From Victivallales bacterium (lineage in GTDB: Bacteria; Verrucomicrobiota; Lentisphaeria; Victivallales; UBA1829), in the NCBI GenBank assembly GCA_045114455.1, contig JBGUKN010000072.1, positions 945 to 64,944 of the forward strand: a stretch of 64,000 nucleotides of DNA. Direction: 5' to 3'. Of the stretch, positions 11,654 through 21,391 are shown piece after piece. Under the pieces are notes generated by a model. The model worked only from the letters and a program-made list of their open reading frames with translations. It made no database searches and had not been told where the DNA came from. A program made the position numbers and the translations under genes. Position 1 is the first letter of the stretch; each line of letters begins with the position of its first letter.

Positions 11654-12892
11654 ATGGCTGAAGAACAAACAACACAGGGCTCCTCCCCGCAAACGCCCGC
11701 CGGTCAACACAAAAGGATCCGATTGGCTTTCGCTCCATGCGCGGATTATACGCCGCAGGCCCTGCGTCCGGCGCTGGAACACGTCCTGCAACCGCAAATC
11801 GAAGCGGCAGGCGGCGTTTCCGGCAAGTCCGTGATGCTGAAACCCAATCTGCTGGCCTGGCGCAGAGACAACGACCCGCAGGCCGTGCATCCGCGGTTCA
11901 TCGTCGAAACGGCGAAAGTCTTCCTGGACGCCGGAGCGTCGCGCGTCGCCATCCTGGAGAACCCTGCCGTGCAGACCGCGCCGCAGGTGCTGAAGGCCAT
12001 GGGAATTGCCGACGAGCTGAAGGCGCTCGGCGTCGCGTCCGCCAATTTCACGAACTACCGGAAACAGCCCCCCCTGGATTCCGTCTGCTTCCGAAATCTC
12101 GAAATCGCCGACGAATTCCGCGAATTCGATTTCGTCGCCGACCTGGCCAAGGCAAAAACGCACGGCATGATGACTCTGACCTTCTGCGTCAAAAACCTCT
12201 TCGGGCTCGTCAACGGCGGCGACCGCCTCGCCTGGCATCTCGCCGTCGGACGCGATTACGACAAATTCGCCGACATGCTGCTCGACCTCTATCTCGTTGT
12301 GCGTCCGGCATTCAACCTGCTCGACGCCGTCACCTGCATGGAAGGCAACGGCCCCGGCGCGGGGACTCCGGCGGACCGCTTTTTCGTCGCGGGCGGCACG
12401 GACGCGCTCGCGCTTGATGCCGTCGCGGCGCGGGTCCTCGGCGTCGATCCTGACGAATTACATATTATCAAACGTGCAAAAGCGCGCGGACTCTTCCCTG
12501 CGCCGGAAACGGTCGACAATCCGGATCCGCTGCCAGTCTGCGAACCGCTGGCGCTCCCGGACCGTCCCGTCATGGACATGGCGCAGATGCATCTCGGCGT
12601 CGGCATCCCGAAGTGGGCGCAGAAGCCGCTTTACAAACTGATGGTCGTGAACCCGAGACTCGACCCGGCAAAATGCGTCGGATGTGGCGTCTGCGTGAAA
12701 ATGTGCCCGCCGAAATCGCTGAAACTCGTCAATTCCCGGCCCGCCTTCGACCTCCCGCACTGCATCCGGTGTTTCTGCTGCCAGGAACACTGTCCGAAAG
12801 GCGCGATCACGCCGCGGATGACGCGGACGATGCGGTTCGTGAAAGCGGTCGACCGGATGCTCCGCGGGAGTCGGACGGCAGAAAGCAAATAG
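11654..12892 (+). CDS. DUF362-domain protein with a C-terminal 2x[4Fe-4S] ferredoxin domain
   Basis: KPNLL...RFIVE...AKTHGMMTLTFCVKNLFG...MEGNGP matches the DUF362 pattern. The C-terminus has CVGCGVCVKMCP and CIRCFCCQEHCP. An alternative start at 11609 adds 15 aa. Confidence 0.75.
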   Translation: MAEEQTTQGSSPQTPAGQHKRIRLAFAPCADYTPQALRPALEHVLQPQIEAAGGVSGKSVMLKPNLLAWRRDNDPQAVHPRFIVETAKVFLDAGASRVAILENPAVQTAPQVLKAMGIADELKALGVASANFTNYRKQPPLDSVCFRNLEIADEFREFDFVADLAKAKTHGMMTLTFCVKNLFGLVNGGDRLAWHLAVGRDYDKFADMLLDLYLVVRPAFNLLDAVTCMEGNGPGAGTPADRFFVAGGTDALALDAVAARVLGVDPDELHIIKRAKARGLFPAPETVDNPDPLPVCEPLALPDRPVMDMAQMHLGVGIPKWAQKPLYKLMVVNPRLDPAKCVGCGVCVKMCPPKSLKLVNSRPAFDLPHCIRCFCCQEHCPKGAITPRMTRTMRFVKAVDRMLRGSRTAESK

Positions 12893-12975
12893 CATGCAGA
12901 TATTGCATTTTCATCCTTTTTCCGACCCGGACCGAAAAAAATCGAAAAAAAAATGCGATTTTTTCGGAAACGCAC

Positions 12976-13004
12976 TGGAAAAAGAGGAAATGAGAAGGTA
13001 TATT
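12976..13004 (+). promoter_or_regulatory. Candidate promoter of the r-protein cluster, with an A/T-rich upstream element
   Basis: TGGAAA (12976-12981), 17-nt spacer, TATATT (12999-13004), preceded by A/T runs (AAAAAAATCGAAAAAAAAATGCGATTTTTT). This leaves a leader of about 230 nt before rplV. Confidence 0.4.
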
Positions 13005-13242
13005 ATTAACTCTGCTTGCCGCAGAAAGTGCGGCGGCAGTCCAATTCGCTGTTCTATGCGATCCTTGCCCGGGGACACTCAGCCCAGCTGAAAATGCCCG
13101 GTATCAGACGCGGCGGACGGCAGCTCCATTGGAAACCCGTTCCGGGTCTTGCGGTGCATTGTGCCGCGAGGTCCGGGATGCTCAAATACATACAATTCGC
13201 ACCATCTTCAACCCAAAACCATAGCAACAAAGCGAGAACAAC

Positions 13243-13572
13243 ATGGAAGTTCGGGCAGTAACAAGGTATGTCCGCATTGCTCCGTCCAAGGGTATGGATT
13301 TCTCCCGGGTCATCCAGGGAAAGCCCTACGCCGAGGCACTTGCGATCGCGGAACTTTCCCCGAGAAAGGCCGCCAAGCTGTTCGCCAAGACGCTCAAATG
13401 CGCCAAGGCGGCCGCAGCCGAAAGCGGAATGAACGAAGCGTCCCTGATGGTCAAAACCGCAGTCGCGGACCCCGGTCCGATGCTGAAGCGGTTCCGTCCG
13501 AAGGCACGCGGCATGGCGGGCAGAATCCGCAAACGCATGAGCCACTTCACGGTGGTTCTTACTGACGACTGA
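13243..13572 (+). CDS. rplV: 50S ribosomal protein L22
   Basis: MEVRAVTRYVRIAPSKGMDF...RFRPKARGMAGRIRKRMSHFTVVL. First gene of the cluster. Confidence 0.95.
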   Translation: MEVRAVTRYVRIAPSKGMDFSRVIQGKPYAEALAIAELSPRKAAKLFAKTLKCAKAAAAESGMNEASLMVKTAVADPGPMLKRFRPKARGMAGRIRKRMSHFTVVLTDD

Positions 13573-13589
13573 GATGAAAGGAAGTCACA

Positions 13590-14291
13590 GTGGGACAGAA
13601 AATTAATCCAATCGGGCTCAGACTTGCCCTGAACAAGAATTGGTGCTCCCGTTGGTTCGCCCGCAAGGACAACTTCGGGACGTGGCTTCACGAAGACCGC
13701 AAGGTCCGCACCTTCATCAAGAAGAACTACAATCAGGCCGCGATCTCCAACATCCTGATCGAACGCTACTTCAACCGCGTTCGCACCACCATCTTCGCCG
13801 CACGCCCGGGCGTCCTGCTCGGCAAAAAGGGCGGCAAGGATGCCGAGATCGACAGACTGCGCGACGAAGTGAGCAAGCTGCTCGACAAGGGCCAGGAGCT
13901 CATCGTCGACGTCATCGAGGTCAAGCAGCCTGAGACCAACGCCCAGCTGGTCGCCGAAAACGTCGCCGCCCAGCTCGAACGCCGCATCGGTTTCCGCCGT
14001 GCCATGAAGAAGGCCATCCAGACCGCCATGGAACTCGGCGCCGAAGGCGTCAAAATCCAGTGCTCCGGCCGCCTCGGCGCCGCTGAACTGGCCCGCACGG
14101 AAACCTACAAGGAAGGGCGCACGCCGCTTCAGACCCTGAAGGCTTTCATCGATTACGGATTCACCGAAGCCAACACGACCGCCGGCAAAATCGGCGTGAA
14201 GGTTTGGATCTGCCACAAGGAACTCACGGAGGAAATGCAAAATGCCGTTAATGCCAAAAAGAGTAAAGCACAGAAAGGTGCAGCGCGGTAA
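13590..14291 (+). CDS. rpsC: 30S ribosomal protein S3
   Basis: GTG start after [29 protein letters not shown] and S3-C domains. Confidence 0.95.
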   Translation: MGQKINPIGLRLALNKNWCSRWFARKDNFGTWLHEDRKVRTFIKKNYNQAAISNILIERYFNRVRTTIFAARPGVLLGKKGGKDAEIDRLRDEVSKLLDKGQELIVDVIEVKQPETNAQLVAENVAAQLERRIGFRRAMKKAIQTAMELGAEGVKIQCSGRLGAAELARTETYKEGRTPLQTLKAFIDYGFTEANTTAGKIGVKVWICHKELTEEMQNAVNAKKSKAQKGAAR

Positions 14292-14661
14292 TAACGCCGG
14301 GCTGTCCCAACGCTGCAACAAACTGGATTTCGGCGATTTCGGATTGCAGACGTTTGAGCGCGGCTTCCTGACCGCCGCCCAGATCGAAGCCGCCCGTGTC
14401 GCGATTACCCGCCATATGAAACGCCGCGGCCAGGTGTGGATCCGCCTGTTCCCGTACAAGCCCTGCACGAAGAAGCCCCTGGAAGTCCGTATGGGTAAGG
14501 GCAAAGGCAACGTCGAATACTGGGTCGCTCCGGTTCAGCCCGGCCGCATGCTTTTCGAGATCTCCGGCTGCTCCGAGACCCTCGCGAAGGAGGCCATGAG
14601 CCTCGCCGCTTCCAAGCTCCCGATCCGCTGCCGCTTCGTCTCCCGGATCCCGGCCGTCTAA
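14242..14661 (+). CDS. rplP: 50S ribosomal protein L16
   Basis: [16 protein letters not shown]...[19 protein letters not shown] lies 9 nt upstream. Overlaps the rpsC 3' end by 50 nt. Confidence 0.95.
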   Translation: MPLMPKRVKHRKVQRGNNAGLSQRCNKLDFGDFGLQTFERGFLTAAQIEAARVAITRHMKRRGQVWIRLFPYKPCTKKPLEVRMGKGKGNVEYWVAPVQPGRMLFEISGCSETLAKEAMSLAASKLPIRCRFVSRIPAV

Positions 14662-14679
14662 TGTGAGGAAGGACCTGTT

Positions 14680-14901
14680 ATGAAAAACAAAAAAACTGTC
14701 AATAAGGCCATGAAGCAGATCCGCGAACTTTCCCAGGATGAACTCGTCGCTCGCGACGGCGAACTCCGCAAGGAAAAGTTCCTCCTCCGCGCCCAGGCCA
14801 AATCCGGTCAGCTCGAAAGCCCGGCCAAGATCCGCACCGCCCGCCGCAACCTCGCACGGGTGATGACCGAACTCAACAAACGCGCTTCGGCCGGCAAATA
14901 A
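14680..14901 (+). CDS. rpmC: 50S ribosomal protein L29
   Basis: IRELSQDELVARDGELRKEKFLLRAQ. Conserved position between L16 and S17. Confidence 0.9.
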   Translation: MKNKKTVNKAMKQIRELSQDELVARDGELRKEKFLLRAQAKSGQLESPAKIRTARRNLARVMTELNKRASAGK

Positions 14902-14913
14902 GGAATACCTGAA

Positions 14914-15207
14914 ATGGACGAAACCATTAAGACTGATACCGCTGCCGCAGCCGTCGTGCGCGGCCACCGGAAAACGCGCGTCGGAAACGTCATCAGCGAC
15001 GCTCAGAACAAGACGATCGTCGTCGAGATCGTGACGCGTTCCGCGCATCCCCGGTACAAGAAGGTCGTCAAGAGCCACGTCCGCTATGCGGCTCATGACG
15101 AGAACAACGAAGCGAAGGTCGGCGATCAGGTCATGATCGCGGAGACCCGCCCCCTGAGCAAGACCAAGCACTGGCGCCTGGTCAAAATCATCAGCCGCAG
15201 CGAATAA
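14914..15207 (+). CDS. rpsQ: 30S ribosomal protein S17
   Basis: GNVISDAQNKTIVVEIVTRSAHPRYKKVVKSHVRYAAHD...PLSKTKHWRL. Confidence 0.92.
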   Translation: MDETIKTDTAAAAVVRGHRKTRVGNVISDAQNKTIVVEIVTRSAHPRYKKVVKSHVRYAAHDENNEAKVGDQVMIAETRPLSKTKHWRLVKIISRSE

Positions 15208-15222
15208 GAGGAGACTTGAACT

Positions 15223-15588
15223 ATGGTTCAGATGCAATCCAGTTTTGAAGTCGCCGACAATTCCGGCGCCAAGCGCATCGTGCTCATCACCGTCCTCGGA
15301 CAGCGCAAGACCATCGCCTCCATCGGCGATATCGTCACCGCCACCGTCAAGGAAGCCATCCCCGGCGGCACCGTGAAGAAAGGCGACGTCGTCAAGGCCG
15401 TCGTCGTCCGCACCGCCGCGCGCATCCGCCGTCCCGACGGATCCTATCTGCGCTTCGACAAGAACGCCGCCGTGATCATCGACGACCAGAAGAATCCGAA
15501 AGGCACCCGCATTTTCGGACCGGTCGCCCGTGAACTCCGCGACAAGAACTTCATGAAAATCATTTCCCTGGCGCCGGAGGTCCTCTGA
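15223..15588 (+). CDS. rplN: 50S ribosomal protein L14
   Basis: [17 protein letters not shown]...[24 protein letters not shown]. Confidence 0.95.
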   Translation: MVQMQSSFEVADNSGAKRIVLITVLGQRKTIASIGDIVTATVKEAIPGGTVKKGDVVKAVVVRTAARIRRPDGSYLRFDKNAAVIIDDQKNPKGTRIFGPVARELRDKNFMKIISLAPEVL

Positions 15589-15896
15589 TGAACAGCGAAT
15601 TGAACAAGTGCCAGAAGCACTACCACGTCAAGAAGAACGACAAGGTCCAGGTCATCAGCGGCGGCTGGAAGAACAAGACCGCCAAGGTCGTGGCCATCCT
15701 CAAGAAGAAAGACCGCGTCGTCCTCGAAATCGAGAATCCCACCGACCGCGACCGTGAACGCATCACGAAGAAGCGCACCGTCCGCAAGAGCGCCGCGAAT
15801 CCGAACGGCGGCCTTGTCGACCGCGCCGTCTCCGTGCACGTCTCCAACGTCAAAAAGCTCGCTTCCGCCGACGAAGGCGCGAAGAAGGCCGAGTGA
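15588..15896 (+). CDS. rplX: 50S ribosomal protein L24
   Basis: [23 protein letters not shown] (KOW motif). The ATG overlaps the rplN stop (TGATG). Confidence 0.9.
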   Translation: MNSELNKCQKHYHVKKNDKVQVISGGWKNKTAKVVAILKKKDRVVLEIENPTDRDRERITKKRTVRKSAANPNGGLVDRAVSVHVSNVKKLASADEGAKKAE

Positions 15897-15912
15897 GTGG
15901 AGGAACTGAACA

Positions 15913-16449
15913 ATGCCCGATATGAGAAAATACTACAATGAGCAGGTCCGCCCCGCTCTTCAGGAAAAGCTCGGCCTCAAGAACGTCATGGAGATTCCGA
16001 AGCTGAAGAAGATCGTCATCAGCACCGGCATCGGCACCAAGATGGAAAAGGACGCCTTCTCCGAAGCCCGCACCCACCTCTCCGCCATCGCAGGCCAGGC
16101 CCCCGTCGTCTGCAAGTCCCGCAAGAACATCGCGAACTTCAAGCTGCGCGCCGGCATGTCCGTCGGTCTCATGGTCACCCTCCGCGGCGACCGCATGTAC
16201 CAGTTCCTCGATCGTCTGGTCCACAACGCCTTCCCGCGCGTCCGCGACTTCCGCGGCGCCCCGAAGAAGGGCTTCGACCACGTCGGAAACTACAATCTCG
16301 GGATTCCTGATGTGTCGATCTTCACCGAAATCGACCTCGACAAGATCAAGTATCCGCTCGGAATGAACATCACGATCGTGACCAGCGCGAAGACCGACGC
16401 CGCGGCGAAGGAACTTCTCACCATGCTGGATTTCCCGTTCGCCAAGTAA
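15913..16449 (+). CDS. rplE: 50S ribosomal protein L5
   Basis: [18 protein letters not shown]...[28 protein letters not shown]. Confidence 0.95.
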   Translation: MPDMRKYYNEQVRPALQEKLGLKNVMEIPKLKKIVISTGIGTKMEKDAFSEARTHLSAIAGQAPVVCKSRKNIANFKLRAGMSVGLMVTLRGDRMYQFLDRLVHNAFPRVRDFRGAPKKGFDHVGNYNLGIPDVSIFTEIDLDKIKYPLGMNITIVTSAKTDAAAKELLTMLDFPFAK

Positions 16450-16463
16450 GGAGACGTTAAGAA

Positions 16464-16649
16464 ATGGCTAAGAAAAGTCTGATTGCGAAACAGAAACGCG
16501 GCGGGAAGTTCAAAGTCCGTAGCTACACGCGTTGCGCCGCCTGCGGTCGTCCCCGCGCCGTCATCCGCAAATTTAAACTCTGCCGTATCTGCTTCCGCGA
16601 AATGGCCTCCACGGGCCAGATCCCGGGCGTGATTAAGGCCAGTTGGTAA
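16464..16649 (+). CDS. rpsN: 30S ribosomal protein S14, short zinc-binding (type Z) form
   Basis: 61 aa with [10 protein letters not shown]...CRICFRE, i.e. four Cys. Confidence 0.95.
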   Translation: MAKKSLIAKQKRGGKFKVRSYTRCAACGRPRAVIRKFKLCRICFREMASTGQIPGVIKASW

Positions 16650-16667
16650 CAGAAAGGAATCCGTACA

Positions 16668-17060
16668 ATGAGTATGCAGGATCCGATTTCAGATATGCTG
16701 ACGCGCCTTCGCAACGGCTGCATGTCCATGCAGAAGGTCGTTTCCATGCCTTCTTCCATCATGAAGACCGCCATCGCGGAAGTCCTCAAGCAGGAAGGCT
16801 ACATCGCCGACTATGTCGTCGAAGGGGAAACGAAGAAGGTTCTGAAGATCACCATGAAATACTTCAAACGCCAGCCCGTCATCGAAAACCTCCAGCGTGT
16901 TTCCAAGCCGTCGTGCAGACTGTACTGCGGCAGCCAGAACATTCCGAAGGTCAAGGACGGTATGGGTATCGCCATCCTCTCCACGTCGAGAGGTGTACTG
17001 AGCGGCAAAGACGCCGAGAAACAAAACGTGGGCGGAGAGATCCTCTGCTACGTCTGGTAA
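16668..17060 (+). CDS. rpsH: 30S ribosomal protein S8
   Basis: MSMQDPISDMLTRLRNG...GGEILCYVW. Confidence 0.95.
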   Translation: MSMQDPISDMLTRLRNGCMSMQKVVSMPSSIMKTAIAEVLKQEGYIADYVVEGETKKVLKITMKYFKRQPVIENLQRVSKPSCRLYCGSQNIPKVKDGMGIAILSTSRGVLSGKDAEKQNVGGEILCYVW

Positions 17061-17075
17061 CTTCAAGGAGTCATC

Positions 17076-17612
17076 ATGTCTCGTATTGGTAAAAAACCGG
17101 TTGCCATCCCCGCAGGCGTCACCGCCAAAGTCGAAGACGGCGCGACCGTCATCACCGGCAAGCTCGGCACGCTCACCATCCCCACGCAGAAGCACATCAC
17201 CGTCAAGGTCGAAGGCGACCAGATCGTCCTGAGCCGTGACACCGACCTCGACAACGCGAAAGCGATGCACGGCCTGAACCGCGCCCTCATCAACAACGCC
17301 GTCATCGGCGTGTCCAAGGGCTACTCCAAGGGCCTCGAGATCGTCGGCGTCGGCTTCCGCGCCGACCTCGCCGGCAACAAGCTCACGCTCAAGCTCGGCT
17401 TCTCCCACGACATCAACTACATCGTGCCCGAAGGCATCAAGCTCACCGTCACCGACGGCTACAAGATCTCCATCGAGGGATACGACAAGCAGCTCGTCGG
17501 CGCCGTCGCCTCCACGATCCGCGCCTTCCGCAAGCCCGAACCCTACAAGGGCAAGGGCGTCCGCTACTCGGACGAACAGGTCACGATCAAGCCCGGCAAG
17601 AAGAACGCATAA
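17076..17612 (+). CDS. rplF: 50S ribosomal protein L6
   Basis: MSRIGKKPVAIPAGV...RKPEPYKGKGVRY. Confidence 0.95.
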   Translation: MSRIGKKPVAIPAGVTAKVEDGATVITGKLGTLTIPTQKHITVKVEGDQIVLSRDTDLDNAKAMHGLNRALINNAVIGVSKGYSKGLEIVGVGFRADLAGNKLTLKLGFSHDINYIVPEGIKLTVTDGYKISIEGYDKQLVGAVASTIRAFRKPEPYKGKGVRYSDEQVTIKPGKKNA

Positions 17613-17632
17613 CGGGTGAAAGGAATTAAAGA

Positions 17633-17992
17633 ATGACTCGCAATTCCCAAGTCAGAAGACAGCTTCGCCATGTGCGTCTCCGCAAAAAAGTCGCAGGGAC
17701 GGCCTCCGTCCCCCGCTTCTGCGTCAGTCTCACCGCGAACAACATGTACTGCCAGTTCATCGACGACGATGCCGGCGTCACGCTTGCCTCCAGCTCCACG
17801 CTCTCTCCCGAGTTCAAGGCCCTGAACCTCAAGCGCAACGTCGAAGCCGCCGCCGCTCTCGGCAAGCTCGCCGCCGAAAAGGCCATCGCCGCAGGCGTCT
17901 CCAAGGTCGTTTTCGACCGCAGCGGATTCCAGTATCACGGCAGGATCAAAGCGCTTGCCGACGCCGCCCGCAAGGCCGGCCTCCAATTCTAA
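17633..17992 (+). CDS. rplR: 50S ribosomal protein L18
   Basis: [34 protein letters not shown]...[26 protein letters not shown]. Confidence 0.95.
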   Translation: MTRNSQVRRQLRHVRLRKKVAGTASVPRFCVSLTANNMYCQFIDDDAGVTLASSSTLSPEFKALNLKRNVEAAAALGKLAAEKAIAAGVSKVVFDRSGFQYHGRIKALADAARKAGLQF

Positions 17993-18005
17993 GGGGTATC
18001 AACAC

Positions 18006-18518
18006 ATGAGTTTTGACAAATCCAGAAAAGACGCTCCGGCCAAAGAAGATCGCGAGCAGTCCGATACCGAAGAAGTCGTCATCAGCATCAACCGCTGCTC
18101 CAAGGTCGTCAAAGGCGGCCGCAACTTCTCCTTCGGCGCGCTCGTCGTCGTCGGCGACCACAAAGGCAAGGTCGGCTTCGGCTACGGCAAGGCCAACGAA
18201 GTCTCCGACGCCATCCGCAAGGGCGGCGAAGCTGCCCGCAAGAACATGATCGTCATGCCCCTCTCCGGGCACACGATCCCCCACACCGTGACCGCGAAAT
18301 TCCGCGGCTCCAAGGTCCTCCTGCGTCCGGCATCCCCCGGTACCGGTTTGATCGCCGGCGGCGCCATGCGCCCCGTCCTCAATCTCGGCGGCGTCGTCGA
18401 CGTCCTCGCGAAGTCCCTCGGCTCCAGCAACCCGGCCAACGTCGTCAAGGCGACGTTCCGCGCCATCGAGCTGCTGAAGACCAAGGAACAGGTCCTTGAG
18501 AAACTCGGCAAGATTTGA
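18006..18518 (+). CDS. rpsE: 30S ribosomal protein S5
   Basis: The internal ATG at 18006 (MSFDKSRKD) gives [36 protein letters not shown]. The longer ORF start overlaps rplR. Confidence 0.93.
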   Translation: MSFDKSRKDAPAKEDREQSDTEEVVISINRCSKVVKGGRNFSFGALVVVGDHKGKVGFGYGKANEVSDAIRKGGEAARKNMIVMPLSGHTIPHTVTAKFRGSKVLLRPASPGTGLIAGGAMRPVLNLGGVVDVLAKSLGSSNPANVVKATFRAIELLKTKEQVLEKLGKI

Positions 18519-18534
18519 AGAGAAGGAGTTCATC

Positions 18535-18984
18535 ATGAATCTGCATAGTCTCGAAACGACTCCCGGCTCCCGCAAGAACAGACACAGAGTCGGTCGCGGC
18601 GACGGCTCCGGCTGGGGCGGAACCTGCGGCCGCGGCGAAAAAGGCCAGCGTTCCCGCAGCGGCGCCGCCGTCCGTCACCACTTTGAAGGCGGCCAGACCC
18701 CGAGCTTCCGCCGCATCCCGAAGCGCGGCTTCAAGATGCACGGCGTGAAGGAAATCTGCAACGTCGTCAACGTCGGCACGCTCAACGAAGTGTTCGAATC
18801 CGGCGCCGAAATCGACGAAGCGGTCCTCCTCAAGGCCGGTCTCGTCGCCAAGAACAAGGCCCCGCTCAAGGTCCTCGGCACCGGCGACGTCAGCAAGGCT
18901 CTCAAGGTCAAGGCGCAGAAGTTCTCCGCCTCCGCAAAAGCCAAGATCGAAGCAGCCGGCGGCTCCGTCGAAGTCATCGAATAA
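18535..18984 (+). CDS. rplO: 50S ribosomal protein L15
   Basis: MNLHSLETTPGSRKNRHRVGRGDGSGWGGTCGRGEKGQ. It follows rpsE directly, so there is no L30 gene. Confidence 0.93.
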   Translation: MNLHSLETTPGSRKNRHRVGRGDGSGWGGTCGRGEKGQRSRSGAAVRHHFEGGQTPSFRRIPKRGFKMHGVKEICNVVNVGTLNEVFESGAEIDEAVLLKAGLVAKNKAPLKVLGTGDVSKALKVKAQKFSASAKAKIEAAGGSVEVIE

Positions 18985-19017
18985 CCCTTGCGGCGTCCCG
19001 CCGGAAATTGAGGCAAC

Positions 19018-20385
19018 ATGTTCAAAGCATTCATCAACGCTTTCAAAATCAAGGATCTCCGCAACAAGATCCTTTTTTCCGCAGCGGTCATCATTGTCTG
19101 CCGGATCGCGGCCAACATCCCGTGCCCCGGAGTCAACACCCATAACCTCAAGGTTTATTTCGACAAGCTTTCCCAGGAGACGGCAGGCAACTTCCTGGGC
19201 ATGATCGACCTCTTCAGCGGCGGCGCTCTCCAGCAGTTCGCCGTCGGAGCGCTCGGCATCATGCCCTACATCTCCGCCTCCATCATCATGCAGCTCCTGG
19301 TCCCCGTCCTTCCCTCGCTCGAACGCCTCAAGCGTGAAGGCGAGGCCGGGATGAACAAGATCAATCAGTACACCCGCTACCTCACGATCGTCATCTGCAT
19401 CATTCAGGGTGCGATGACCGCGATCGCCATGACGCATCCGGAACGCCTCGGCCTGCCCGCGGCGCTCCCGGGCCAGCCGCTCGTCAGTGGCAACCTCACC
19501 GCGTTCGTGTTCTTCTCGGTCATCATCCTGACCTGCGGCACGATGATCCTGATGTGGCTCGGTGAAAAGATCACGGACAAAGGCATCGGAAACGGCGTTT
19601 CGATCATCATCACGATCGGCATCATCGACCGTCTCCCGAAGTCGATCGCCCAGCTGTACGATATGTACCAGAGCGGCGGCGCGGCCGGCGGCGGACATTT
19701 CCGTCTCCCGCACGTGCTCCTTCTGGTCATCATCTTCGCCGTGGTGACCGCCCTCACGATCATCCTCTGCCAGGGCGTCCGCAAAGTGCCGATCCAGATG
19801 GCGCGCAAGACCGTCGGAAACAAGGTCGCGGGCGGCAGCACCTACATGCCGCTCAAGGTCAACTTCCCCGGCGTCATGCCCATCATCTTCGCCGGCGCGA
19901 TCCTGATGTTCCCGCCGATGATCCTCAGGCTCATCCCGAACGCGTATATCGCGTCGCTCCAACAGTACTTCAACCACGGATCCTACTCCTACATGCTGAT
20001 GTACGGCGCGCTGATCATCGCGTTCTCCTACTTCTGGGTCTCGAACATGTTCAACCCGGTGCAGATCGCGGACAACCTGAAGAAGGAAGGCGCCTACGTC
20101 CCCGGCATCCGGCCCGGCAAGCCCACTTGCGATTACCTCGACGAGCTGATGACCCTCATCACATTCGCCGGCGCGATCTTCCTGTGCGCGCTCTCCGTCT
20201 TCCCGATGCTCCTCACGATGTGGCTGAAGATCCCGTACGCCGTGGCGTCGTTCTTCGGCGGCACCAGCCTGCTGATCATTGTCGGTGTGACCATTGACAC
20301 GCTCTCCCAAATGGAATCGCTCCTGGTGATGAAAAATTACGAGGGGTTCCTCCAGCGCGGACGGCTCCGTTCCCGCAGAGGCTGA
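19018..20385 (+). CDS. secY: Preprotein translocase subunit SecY
   Basis: 455 aa, 10 TM pattern, LFSGGALQQFAVGALGIMPYISASIIMQLL, GEKITDKGIGNGVSIII. Confidence 0.95.
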   Translation: MFKAFINAFKIKDLRNKILFSAAVIIVCRIAANIPCPGVNTHNLKVYFDKLSQETAGNFLGMIDLFSGGALQQFAVGALGIMPYISASIIMQLLVPVLPSLERLKREGEAGMNKINQYTRYLTIVICIIQGAMTAIAMTHPERLGLPAALPGQPLVSGNLTAFVFFSVIILTCGTMILMWLGEKITDKGIGNGVSIIITIGIIDRLPKSIAQLYDMYQSGGAAGGGHFRLPHVLLLVIIFAVVTALTIILCQGVRKVPIQMARKTVGNKVAGGSTYMPLKVNFPGVMPIIFAGAILMFPPMILRLIPNAYIASLQQYFNHGSYSYMLMYGALIIAFSYFWVSNMFNPVQIADNLKKEGAYVPGIRPGKPTCDYLDELMTLITFAGAIFLCALSVFPMLLTMWLKIPYAVASFFGGTSLLIIVGVTIDTLSQMESLLVMKNYEGFLQRGRLRSRRG

Positions 20386-20466
20386 CCCGATGCTGCGCGG
20401 CGGGCCTGGGCTCGGCTCCGGCCTTTCTCCGCATCATCACGGGCTCCACATCTGTACGATTCCGAA

Positions 20467-20509
20467 CCCGTCTTTTGGTTCCGGCCAAAAGACGGGCTAT
20501 TTGCTTTTT
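20467..20509 (+). terminator. Rho-independent terminator after secY
   Basis: Perfect 12-bp stem CCCGTCTTTTGG / CCAAAAGACGGG with a 6-nt loop, followed by CTATTTGCTTTTT. Confidence 0.65.
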
Positions 20510-20528
20510 CGGGAAGAGCGACTATATT
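20501..20528 (+). promoter_or_regulatory. Sigma-70-like promoter
   Basis: TTGCTT (20501-20506), 16-nt spacer, TATATT (20523-20528), about 100 nt upstream of the 20627 gene. Confidence 0.45.
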
Positions 20529-20626
20529 GATAGGTCCGTTTTTTCCGGAGCAAAAACCGGCTTAGCCTTCCACGGGAACATTTCACCCTGCCTCGTTGTC
20601 TAAAGAAACAGTTTGGAAAGACCATC

Positions 20627-21364
20627 ATGAACACATCTACCGCGCATCACTCCGTCCGACACGCGCTGTTCGCGGCCATTCTGGCCGGAATCGCGCTTTC
20701 TTGCCTTGCGTCCTGTTCCAAGCCCGCCCCGGAGACCCCGATGGAACGTTCCCGCGTCCTGCTGCGGCTTTTCGGCAACCTGGACCGTCAGGAGAACGAC
20801 GAAGCGCTCAAAAACATCGAGACATACCGCAACCTCGATTCGACGAATCTGTTCCTTTCCGATCTCGAACACATCGTCCGGTCGAACGGCGTGATCGCTT
20901 CGGCAAAGGCCAAACTCGAAGCCGGCGATCTCTCCGGCGCGGCGGCCGACCTTGATGCCTACTGCCTCAAATACGGCGACATCAACGAATCCGTCACGGA
21001 TGCGAAAGAAAAAGTCGATCTTCTGCTTGAGGCGCAGCGTCTGAACGACAAACTGCTTGCGGCGGAGTTCTCCGATGACATCCGCGCCGCCGCCGCCGAT
21101 CTGAACAGTTTTTCGAAAGCGAATCCCAAGCTCTTCCCGAATCTCTCCGCCTACGCGTCAGCAAAAGTCAAGGAAGCCGACAAGCTCGCCGTCGTGGAAA
21201 AAGCCGACGCCTGCGCCGCGCTCCTTCTTGACGCCATGGATGCGGCCGCCGCCGGACACAGGGCCGAAGCCGCCGCTTTGACTGCGCTTCTGGAACTGAA
21301 CTCGGATGCCGCACAGCTCGCCGGGTTCGAAGCCTGGCTGAGCCAACGGTCCGCGAAACCATAA
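20627..21364 (+). CDS. Hypothetical lipoprotein (helical, Ala-rich)
   Basis: Signal peptide with lipobox: AILAGIALSCLASCSKP. No family recognised. Confidence 0.6.
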   Translation: MNTSTAHHSVRHALFAAILAGIALSCLASCSKPAPETPMERSRVLLRLFGNLDRQENDEALKNIETYRNLDSTNLFLSDLEHIVRSNGVIASAKAKLEAGDLSGAAADLDAYCLKYGDINESVTDAKEKVDLLLEAQRLNDKLLAAEFSDDIRAAAADLNSFSKANPKLFPNLSAYASAKVKEADKLAVVEKADACAALLLDAMDAAAAGHRAEAAALTALLELNSDAAQLAGFEAWLSQRSAKP

Positions 21365-21391
21365 CCATTCAGCAATAGAAAGGTTCCCACG

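Noticed and set aside
18445-20310. 621-aa minus-strand ORF
   Set aside because: It is antisense to secY and rplO. The product is Asp/Arg/Gly-rich with no motifs. The plus strand encodes clear SecY and L15.
20386-20626. Looked for small genes expected after secY (infA, rpmJ, adk start)
   Set aside because: No ORF with the KVRASVK (L36) or IF-1 pattern is present. The region holds only a terminator and a promoter.
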